64,000 bases of DNA from an uncultured Gammaproteobacteria bacterium. Lineage in GTDB: Bacteria > Patescibacteriota > Patescibacteriia > UBA9934 > CAZDDW01. The stretch covers positions 211,755 through 275,754 of the forward strand of contig OZ246408.1 in assembly GCA_965231015.1 (NCBI GenBank). Reading direction: 5' to 3'. The notes below the pieces were generated by a model. That model was not told the origin of the DNA and searched no databases. It saw nothing but the letters and a program-made list of their open reading frames with translations. This document shows positions 37,300 through 45,091 of the stretch, one piece after another (positions within the stretch are counted from its first letter, which is position 1; each line of letters begins with the position of its first letter). Made by a program: the position numbers and the translations under genes.

Positions 37300-39111
37300 A
37301 TGGATGACTTGGTCCAACTCGATAAGGATGTCCTTAAGTTCCTGAACAGTTATGATTTACTGTCCAGGATTCTTAAAGTTTTAGAAGAACACCAGCTTGA
37401 TGAAAGTGCGTATAAAAAAGTAGCACCGATCATTGACAGGATTGTGGACGCGCCTCAAAACATGAGCCGTCTACCAAGTGAGATCGGAAAAGTGCTTAAC
37501 CTAAATCAAGCTAAAGCCAAACGATTAGCAACGGATTTGGCCGGATTTTGGTTGTTGCCACTCGAGGCACACCTGGGTGATGTATCCGGGTTAATTGTGA
37601 AGTGGGGAGGTGATCTTAGCCGCTACCCAAAAGATACGGTGGCTAAAAAATCGATTAATCCAATGCAATTCACCCGTGAGACTTTGTCGACTCTAGGGGT
37701 GAAGATGGAAGAACCGGCCATGAAGAATAGGTTGGAATATGTTTTAAGTACTTTAGTGCGCGGTGTGCGAACTCCGGATGATGCCAAGCGAGTTATGGTA
37801 CGCGGTAAAAAGGTGGGTGGATTAGAAATGAGTAAAGAAGAAGCAGATAAATTGGTGGATCATTTTGTAGCCAAGATGGAGAACGTGGAGATTGATCGTG
37901 GGCCGGCTGTACCAGTTGATGGGGTGGAAACAAAAAAAGCACCACCGGTTAAAGAAAAACCAAGGCCGGAGGCGGTTAAAGAGATTCAGAAATTGAAAAA
38001 AACGGTCAAAACCAAAAAGAGAGAAGAAGATGAAAAGAAAAAGAAGCCTGAACCGACTCCTAAAAAATCACAACTCGAAGTCAAATCGAAAGCATCTTTT
38101 TCAGTAGAAACCTTTTCTGATGAAGATGAAACCGAGGTCAAGGCCGCGGCCAAAAAAATTGCCAAAGCTCCGTCCAGCCCGGTCTCGATTGAAAAAACAG
38201 TTGATAAAGTAATAAAAGAGGCCGGAATCAAGTTTAAGACTTTGGAGGGTGAAAAACGATTTAGGAAAATCGTAGAAACGCGCTTGCGTGACGTTCGTGA
38301 CGCGCTTGAAACACGCGATATTTTGGAAGACAAAGTTGAACAGGGTGGACTAGGTCTTCAGGGAGCTCGTTTGGCTGATGTCATAGAATTGATTGAAAGG
38401 GCTTATAATGATCATGCATCAAAGTTGGGTGAACAAAAAGCCAAAGAAAAGCAGAAATATTTGCAAAAACGAAAAGAAGCTGAGTCAGGGAAAGCTGACC
38501 TTGCCCGCGCCGAAGCCGATGTTTTAGCTAAGCGTTATGCCAGCCTGACCGGAAAAGCCCCATCACATCTTGTTACCCCGGCGGCTCCTACCGCGGCCAA
38601 GGTTAGCGCTTCCCGAGGAAGTGAAACGGATTTAAAGGAAGCAGCGTCAAAAATTGATCAGGACAAAGTTAAACGGGTCATGGCCAAACCAAGTCAGCCA
38701 GCACAAGCCGATGCACACCTGTCAGCGGCTAGTGTTGCTAAGCAATCAGGACAGAGACCGCAGGTGCAGGATGTGGCTCGGGCTCGGAAGCTGGTTGGTC
38801 CGATTGATGAACTCGGCAATATGAATACAGTTAGTTTTCGTCGGTTGTCGTCTGATCCGGACGAAGCGGTTTTAAAAATTAGGGATAAAATTGAACTTTT
38901 AGAAGCGGATTCTTACGCTAAGCGCTTAAAGGGAATCAAAGCTTGGCAGCAAAGTCCTTTATATAAGCTGTACTTGCAGGTGATGCGGGAGTCATTGGTG
39001 CGTGGTTTACAGGTTAAAGATATTGCCGGGGAAATTGGGTCAGCTGAACAGGCTTTAAAGCCCGAAGAGGTGCAAAGTATCCGAAAACTGAACAAACAGC
39101 TAAAATTTTGA
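37300..39111 (+). CDS. hypothetical protein with Lys/Pro-rich low-complexity middle region (T4SS-associated)
   Basis: 603 aa, no TM; KKAPPVKEKPRPE…KKKKPEPTPKK region. Confidence 0.35.
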   Translation: MDDLVQLDKDVLKFLNSYDLLSRILKVLEEHQLDESAYKKVAPIIDRIVDAPQNMSRLPSEIGKVLNLNQAKAKRLATDLAGFWLLPLEAHLGDVSGLIVKWGGDLSRYPKDTVAKKSINPMQFTRETLSTLGVKMEEPAMKNRLEYVLSTLVRGVRTPDDAKRVMVRGKKVGGLEMSKEEADKLVDHFVAKMENVEIDRGPAVPVDGVETKKAPPVKEKPRPEAVKEIQKLKKTVKTKKREEDEKKKKPEPTPKKSQLEVKSKASFSVETFSDEDETEVKAAAKKIAKAPSSPVSIEKTVDKVIKEAGIKFKTLEGEKRFRKIVETRLRDVRDALETRDILEDKVEQGGLGLQGARLADVIELIERAYNDHASKLGEQKAKEKQKYLQKRKEAESGKADLARAEADVLAKRYASLTGKAPSHLVTPAAPTAAKVSASRGSETDLKEAASKIDQDKVKRVMAKPSQPAQADAHLSAASVAKQSGQRPQVQDVARARKLVGPIDELGNMNTVSFRRLSSDPDEAVLKIRDKIELLEADSYAKRLKGIKAWQQSPLYKLYLQVMRESLVRGLQVKDIAGEIGSAEQALKPEEVQSIRKLNKQLKF

Positions 39112-39123
39112 TAGAATACACTC

Positions 39124-39552
39124 ATGGATCAGTTTGTGGTTCCACAATTTATCGACGTTGAAGACAAGATTATCGGGCCTGTTTCGACCCGACAGTTTAT
39201 TTTAATGCTCTTTCCATTGTTAATTGGAGCGCTTTTCTGGAAACTTTTTACCTTGATGTATTTCATTATTTTTATCATTCCGGTCCTGATTATTTTCGGA
39301 TTACTGGCTTTTTTCAAGATCAACGGTATGCCGTTACACTTTTTCTTGTTAAATTTGATACAAAGTTTGCGCAAGCCGCGACTCCGTGTTTGGGACAAGT
39401 CTTTAACGGATGCTGAGTTAAGAGAAAGAATAAAGAAAGAAGAAGCTCCACCTCCACCTGCTCCATTACGTAAAGAACCAATTAGCTCAAGCCGTTTACA
39501 CGAGTTGACGTTGGTTGTGAACACCGGTGGAGTGTATCAACCTGAAGAATAA
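39124..39552 (+). CDS. PrgI/TcpE-family small membrane protein (VirB3 analogue)
   Basis: VVPQFIDVEDKIIGPVSTRQFILMLFP matches the PrgI-family N-terminus; 2 TM; directly precedes VirB4. Confidence 0.55.
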   Translation: MDQFVVPQFIDVEDKIIGPVSTRQFILMLFPLLIGALFWKLFTLMYFIIFIIPVLIIFGLLAFFKINGMPLHFFLLNLIQSLRKPRLRVWDKSLTDAELRERIKKEEAPPPPAPLRKEPISSSRLHELTLVVNTGGVYQPEE

Positions 39553-39554
39553 TT

Positions 39555-40235
39555 ATGGCCAAGAAAAAATTAGCAAAACCAAAACCAGGACCTGCTACCC
39601 AACGTTATCTTGATATTTCCGAGGTCCGTGAGGATGTGGTCGTGATGAAGGATGGAACTATGCGAGCCGTGATTTTGGTTTCCAGCATTAACTTCGCCTT
39701 AAAGTCAGAAGATGAACAAATTGCCATTGTCCAGGCTTACATGTCTTTTTTGAATGGTTTAGATTATCCCCTGCAGGTTGTGGTGCAATCACGACGCATG
39801 AACATTGACTCGTATCTGACTTCCTTAAGAGAGAGATCTCGCGAAACTCTGAACGAAGCCTTGCGTGGGCAAATCAATGATTATCTGAGCTTTATTGAAG
39901 AATTAGTTACTTTAGGAGAGGTAATGCAAAAGCAGTTTTTTGTGGTCGTGCCATTTGATCCGACAACCGACAAGAAACGTAATTTTTGGCAGCGTTTAAG
40001 CGCGGCTGTTTCACCCGCTGTGCGAATTAAACTAAAGGACAAAGAGTTCAAAGAACGTCGGGATGATCTATTACGTCGCGCTGATTTGACGCTTGGCCAG
40101 CTAACGAGTATGGGTCTTTCCGGAACAGTGCTTGATACCCAAGGATTGATTGAACTTTATTACACAGTTTATAATCCTGACGTTTTTGATAAGGAGCGCA
40201 TGGTTGATTTAAACAAATTGAGAGTTGAACAATAA
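39555..40235 (+). CDS. VirB4/TraC-like N-terminal domain encoded as a separate ORF
   Basis: YLDISEVREDVVVMKDGTMRAVILVSSINFALKSEDEQIAIVQAYMSFLNGLDYPLQVVVQS is the typical Gram-positive VirB4 N-terminus; ends 2 nt before the next ATG. Confidence 0.55.
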   Translation: MAKKKLAKPKPGPATQRYLDISEVREDVVVMKDGTMRAVILVSSINFALKSEDEQIAIVQAYMSFLNGLDYPLQVVVQSRRMNIDSYLTSLRERSRETLNEALRGQINDYLSFIEELVTLGEVMQKQFFVVVPFDPTTDKKRNFWQRLSAAVSPAVRIKLKDKEFKERRDDLLRRADLTLGQLTSMGLSGTVLDTQGLIELYYTVYNPDVFDKERMVDLNKLRVEQ

Positions 40236-40237
40236 TT

Positions 40238-42166
40238 ATGGCCATTGAATTAGGAAAAATTGGTAAGGCTACTCCGGCCCCACCGCCCAAAGAACAAAAA
40301 CCGCCATCAAAAGAAAAGCAACAGGCGGCTGAAGAGAGAAAATCTCTTGAGGAAGAGAGGATTTATGCCAAGGGTGTGACTTCAGTGCGTGACTTGGTGG
40401 CTCCGGCTTCTTTTGAAGTATTCCCAACCTATCTGAGATTAAGCGGGGTTTATTTACGTACTCTGTTTGTGGTTAATTATCCACGCTACATTAGTTTAGG
40501 TTGGTCAGCGCCGATTATCAACCTTAACAACACCATGGACATAGCCATGTTTTTCTACCCGGTCAAGTCAGAAATCATTTTGAAACAATTGCGTAAGAAA
40601 GTCGGAGTGCTTGAAGCGGGAATCATGACGGATGCGGAAAAAGGAAAGCCACGTGACCCGATCAGGGAAACGGCCTTGCGCGACATTGAAAAATTACGAG
40701 ACGATTTAACACAGGGTATTGAACACTTTTTCCAGTTTGCTTTTTATATAACCATTTACGCCTCAAGTGAGGATGATCTTGAAAAGAAAACTGAAGAAAT
40801 TGAATCGATCTTTGGATCTAAGTTGATCTATTCCAAGAAAGGTTTTTATCAGGCTGAACAAGGGTTTAATTCAACCCTGCCTATTGGCAATGATGAGCTC
40901 ATGATCAGCTTTAACATGAATACCTCACCGATTGCCTCCTCTTTTCCTTTTATTAGCTCAGACCTGACTTCGGATAACGGAATTTTGTATGGAATTAACC
41001 GGCATAATAACAGTTTGATTTTGTTCGAACGGTTTAGTTTGCAAAATGCTAACTTTGTGGTTTTTGCCACTTCAGGTGCCGGAAAGAGTTATGCTATCAA
41101 GCTTGAAATTTTACGCTCTCTCATGCTGGGAGTGGACGTAATTGTGATTGATCCGGAAATGGAGTACAAACGGTTGTCCGACGCTGTGGGTGGTACCTAC
41201 ATCAACATTTCTTTGGCATCTGAATCTAAGGTGAACCCATTTGACCTTCCGCGACCAACCGGGGAGGGGGTTAAGGTAGATGATATTATTCGTTCCGCGG
41301 TTATCACTCTCAAAGGTCTTCTCAAAATCATGATCGGAATGCCGGTGGGAGAACAGGGAAAGCTTGGTTTTACTCCGGAGGAGGATTCGCTGTTGGATCG
41401 AGCCTTGTTAGAAACATATGCCAAAAAAGACATCACGGCCGATTTGGTGGATCTAACCAATATTGAACCACCGACCATGCAGGATTTGCAGGATATTTTA
41501 GAGGGAATGGAAGGAACAGAAAATTTGGTTGCTCGACTCAAAAAATATACAGAAGGTACTTTTTCCGGATTGATCAATTCTCCAACCACCGTTGAGATGA
41601 ATAATCAGCTTGTTACTTTCTCAGTCCGCGATTTGGAGGACGAATTAAGGCCAACCGCGATTTATACCATCGTTAACTACGTTTGGAACGTGGTGCGAAG
41701 TGAACGAAAGAAGCGAATTCTCGTAATTGACGAGGCCTGGTGGTTGATGCAGCACGAAGACTCAGCTAAGTTTATTTTCGCTCTTGTTAAACGTTGTCGT
41801 AAGTATTACCTCGGAGTAACCACCATTACCCAGGACGTCAACGACTTCCTTCGTTCCCCGTACGGTCAGGCTATTGTGACGAACTCAGCGCTCCAGCTAT
41901 TAATGAAGCAGTCTCCGGCCGGAGTTGATATTGTGCAAAAGACATTCAATCTGACTGACAGTGAAAAATATCTCTTGCTAGAATCCGGGGTGGGAGAAGG
42001 TATTTTCTTTGCCGGCCCAAAACATGCCGCAATTAAAGTGGTTGCTTCCTATACCGAGGATCAGATCATTACCACAGATCCACGACAACTATTAGAGATA
42101 GAAAAAGAAAAGCAGGAGTTGGAAGAAGAGCTGGCCAAGCAAGAGGGAGCTGAATCATCAACTTAA
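40238..42166 (+). CDS. VirB4/TraC-like conjugative ATPase (middle plus ATPase domains)
   Basis: Walker A ATSGAGKSYAIK, Walker B ILVIDEAWWLM, motif VTTITQDV. Confidence 0.8.
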   Translation: MAIELGKIGKATPAPPPKEQKPPSKEKQQAAEERKSLEEERIYAKGVTSVRDLVAPASFEVFPTYLRLSGVYLRTLFVVNYPRYISLGWSAPIINLNNTMDIAMFFYPVKSEIILKQLRKKVGVLEAGIMTDAEKGKPRDPIRETALRDIEKLRDDLTQGIEHFFQFAFYITIYASSEDDLEKKTEEIESIFGSKLIYSKKGFYQAEQGFNSTLPIGNDELMISFNMNTSPIASSFPFISSDLTSDNGILYGINRHNNSLILFERFSLQNANFVVFATSGAGKSYAIKLEILRSLMLGVDVIVIDPEMEYKRLSDAVGGTYINISLASESKVNPFDLPRPTGEGVKVDDIIRSAVITLKGLLKIMIGMPVGEQGKLGFTPEEDSLLDRALLETYAKKDITADLVDLTNIEPPTMQDLQDILEGMEGTENLVARLKKYTEGTFSGLINSPTTVEMNNQLVTFSVRDLEDELRPTAIYTIVNYVWNVVRSERKKRILVIDEAWWLMQHEDSAKFIFALVKRCRKYYLGVTTITQDVNDFLRSPYGQAIVTNSALQLLMKQSPAGVDIVQKTFNLTDSEKYLLLESGVGEGIFFAGPKHAAIKVVASYTEDQIITTDPRQLLEIEKEKQELEEELAKQEGAESST

Positions 42167-42176
42167 CAATAAATAT

Positions 42177-42740
42177 ATGAGCCGACGCATCAAAATAATT
42201 TTAGCTATTCTGATTATAGTGTTGATATTATTAGCGTTGTTTTTATTGTGGTGGAATATTTGGCGACCCCAACCAGCTCCGACCACTGTTGTAGTTGTTG
42301 AAACCGAAGAGGAGGAGGTTAGCTCACCGTTTGCAATTCCGCCGATCGCGGAGTTGGATCAACGTACCGACGAAGAAATTTCTGTGGAAACTCTGGCTAA
42401 AACATTTGCTGAACGCTATGGTAGTTATTCTAACGAAAGTAATTTTGCTAATTTAGATGATTTGGAACCATTGATGACAGATAGTTTAGCCAGTGAATTG
42501 GCTGTAATGGTTGCTAATACAGATATCTCAGACATGTATTATGGAATTACTACGCAAGTAGTATCAATGAACATTATCAGCATTGATGAAACATCCGGAA
42601 CCGCTTCAATTAGTGTTTTAACACAACGTGAAGAAGCCGTTGGGGGCCCAACCAATACTGAAGTTAGTTACGAAACATTGGTTTTAGACATGGTGAAAGT
42701 TAGTGGAGTGTGGAAAGTAGACGGTGTAACATGGCAATAA
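42177..42740 (+). CDS. bitopic membrane protein, possible VirB8-like (NTF2-like) component
   Basis: Single N-terminal TM, 150-aa extracytoplasmic domain ending …VKVSGVWKVDGVTWQ; position after VirB4. Confidence 0.3.
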   Translation: MSRRIKIILAILIIVLILLALFLLWWNIWRPQPAPTTVVVVETEEEEVSSPFAIPPIAELDQRTDEEISVETLAKTFAERYGSYSNESNFANLDDLEPLMTDSLASELAVMVANTDISDMYYGITTQVVSMNIISIDETSGTASISVLTQREEAVGGPTNTEVSYETLVLDMVKVSGVWKVDGVTWQ

Positions 42741-43468
42741 AAAGTGTTCAGACATTTTTCCGATCAAATAAGGCCGCGCTCGACGCGGCTCTTAAAGTCG
42801 CGTTTGATGCTGTTTTTCCTGAATTTTGTGTGGTTTGTAAAAAAGAGGGCTCACAAATATGCGAGAGTTGTCTTTTACAAGCTCGGGTTAAGGTTTTGCA
42901 CGAGCGGTGCCCATTTTGCGAACGGGTCACCGGAAGCGGTTCTGTTTGTCGACATTGTGCCAGGTTTGAGAGTTTAGATGGAGCCATTTCGGTGTCCCAA
43001 TATGCTGAACCTGCTGTGCGTGGGCTCATTAAGAATTGGAAGTATGCCAGTGACACACGAGCGCAAGAAGAGTTGGCTAAACTGGTTCGGCGGGTCTATT
43101 TGGAAAATTTTTTACCGGACTTGCCGTGGGTAATTGTGCCGGCCGGTTTGCATCGTGCCCGAGCCAATGAGCGAGGTTTTGACCAAGCATACGAATTAGC
43201 TCAAATTTTTTCGACTCAAGCTGAATGGCCGTTGCTAGATTGTTTGCGTCGAGTTAAAAACAGTCTTCCCCAGGCACGAGCCGGCCATACAAGAAAAACC
43301 CCGGGCGAGCTACGCGGGTTGTATCAAGTAATTTGTGCTGTCCCAGAGCATGTTTTGCTGGTTGACGATGTTTTGACCACCGGAGCCACCCTTGACGCAG
43401 CGGCTTACGCTTTGAAGCGGTCTGGAGCGGAAAATGTGTGGGCATTGACAATGGCCCGAGGAACATAG
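42731..43468 (+). CDS. comFC: ComF-family protein (ComFC/GntX; zinc finger plus PRTase domain)
   Basis: Four-Cys N-terminus (CVVC…CESC, CPFC…CRHC) and PRTase motif LLVDDVLTTGATL. Confidence 0.75.
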   Translation: MAIKSVQTFFRSNKAALDAALKVAFDAVFPEFCVVCKKEGSQICESCLLQARVKVLHERCPFCERVTGSGSVCRHCARFESLDGAISVSQYAEPAVRGLIKNWKYASDTRAQEELAKLVRRVYLENFLPDLPWVIVPAGLHRARANERGFDQAYELAQIFSTQAEWPLLDCLRRVKNSLPQARAGHTRKTPGELRGLYQVICAVPEHVLLVDDVLTTGATLDAAAYALKRSGAENVWALTMARGT

Positions 43469-43502
43469 CATGGTTTTTATAAGAAGCAATAATTAAAATT
43501 CT

Positions 43503-43901
43503 ATGAATGAACAACACGATGCATTTTCACCCCAGTTTAATGAGCCTCAAGATAACTCAAAAAAGAAAGAAGTTAGAGAAAAAAGAGACAGAATGGCAAT
43601 CAAGGGGAGCAGTGAAGATAGCTTTGCTCCTATGTGGGATGAAAAAGAAGCAGAGGAACATTTTTACGATCTTATAGGAGATCGTTCTGGAATGAAAGAA
43701 AATATTGAGGCATTAAAAAATCCAGATTTAGATGAACAGCAAGTCGCTGAATTGATAGATGGACTAAATAGTATGGGAAAAAGTGGTGGTCAGAGCGGTG
43801 AAATAGGCGCAGACTTTTATTTAGAGCTTCCTTCGGGATACAATGTGCATGCTCAATATCAGGCCTCTGGTGGACGGTTAAGTTTTTCACTCATGAAATA
43901 G
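43503..43901 (+). CDS. hypothetical soluble protein
   Basis: 132-aa ORF with no recognisable motifs. Confidence 0.3.
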   Translation: MNEQHDAFSPQFNEPQDNSKKKEVREKRDRMAIKGSSEDSFAPMWDEKEAEEHFYDLIGDRSGMKENIEALKNPDLDEQQVAELIDGLNSMGKSGGQSGEIGADFYLELPSGYNVHAQYQASGGRLSFSLMK

Positions 43902-43913
43902 CAGGAAAAGAAA

Positions 43914-43940
43914 AATCTCGGTCTGAACCGAGATTTTTAT
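43914..43940 (+). terminator. rho-independent terminator AATCTCGGT-CTGA-ACCGAGATT followed by TTTAT
   Basis: Perfect 9-bp stem with a tetraloop. Confidence 0.6.
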
Positions 43941-43982
43941 ATTCTCTTAACACAAAAACCATGACCAAAGCCATGATTTTTG

Positions 43983-44072
<90 letters not shown>

Positions 44073-44120
44073 GTTTTCTTTTATTGGAGCTAAAAACAGG
44101 CTTTAGGCCTATTTTCAACT

Positions 44121-44210
<90 letters not shown>

Positions 44211-44266
44211 GAATGTGGGGAAAGGATACTAGATTTTTAGAAAAAAATCAAGTAAAATAGACTTGT

Positions 44267-44788
44267 ATGTTAAAGAACAAAAAAGAGGAAAACCAGGAAG
44301 AAATAGAGGATATCGGGGTGGGTCAGCCACTTTTAGCTTGGGAAGTGGATGAATATGAGCGTCACGACCGTGGTATTCAGTGGTATGTTGTTTCAATAAT
44401 TATTGGAACAGCTTTGATTATTTATGCTTTAGCCACAGCCAATTTCATGTTTGCCGTCATTATTATTATGGTGGGGGTGATTTTATTTTTAACCGGCATG
44501 AAGCATCCAAAACGTATCCCTGTTGTTTTGATTGACAACGGATTGTTGATTGGGGAAGTTTTTCACCCTTTCCGCATGATGCGTGACTTCTCAGTGATCT
44601 ATGATCCCCCAGAGGTTAAAGTGTTGTATATTGATTTCCACAGCGTTTGGCGACCGCTTATGTCGATTCCGCTTAAGGATACTGATCCGGTAGTGGTGCG
44701 AGAATGTTTAATGCCGTTTGTAGTTGAAAATTTAAATCGCAACGAAGAGAGCTTGACAGATCTGGTGTCTAGACTGTATAAGTTATAA
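44267..44788 (+). CDS. 2-TM membrane protein, hypothetical
   Basis: 173-aa ORF with two adjacent hydrophobic helices. Confidence 0.4.
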   Translation: MLKNKKEENQEEIEDIGVGQPLLAWEVDEYERHDRGIQWYVVSIIIGTALIIYALATANFMFAVIIIMVGVILFLTGMKHPKRIPVVLIDNGLLIGEVFHPFRMMRDFSVIYDPPEVKVLYIDFHSVWRPLMSIPLKDTDPVVVRECLMPFVVENLNRNEESLTDLVSRLYKL

Positions 44789-44921
44789 GCAAATAGTCCA
44801 AAAATTCTCCAACTGCTGCGTTGTGGGGCCCCTCTGACTCGTCGACGTACCAACGTACGCCTCCTCGTCAGTTTCCCCACGCCTTGCACTTGGAGCTTTT
44901 TGAACCATTTGAAAATTATAT

Positions 44922-44998
44922 GCACCCGTAGCTCAGCCGGATAGAGCGTCAGCTTGCGGAGCTGAAGGCCGCACGTTCGAGTCGTGCCGGGTGCGCCA
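44922..44998 (+). tRNA. tRNA-Arg (anticodon GCG), CCA encoded
   Basis: GCACCCGTAGCTCAGCCGGATAGAGCGTCAGCTTGCGGAGCTGAAGGCCGCACGTTCGAGTCGTGCCGGGTGCGCCA; anticodon loop TTGCGGA. Confidence 0.8.
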
Positions 44999-45014
44999 TT
45001 AAATAAAATCCAAA

Positions 45015-45038
45015 CCTCGCCAAAAGGCGGGGTTTTTG
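45015..45038 (+). terminator. rho-independent terminator CCTCGCC-AAAA-GGCGGGG followed by TTTTTG
   Basis: Stem-loop followed by a T-run after tRNA-Arg. Confidence 0.55.
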
Positions 45039-45091
45039 TTATTCTCCCTATTCGCGCGAATTGGGGGTATAGGTTATAATCGGTTTAGTGT

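Noticed and set aside
39541-40241. Programmed ribosomal frameshift joining the two VirB4 pieces
   Set aside because: There is no slippery heptamer. A clean TAA stop and a fresh ATG-GCC start with a duplicated junction 13-mer favour two separately initiated polypeptides.
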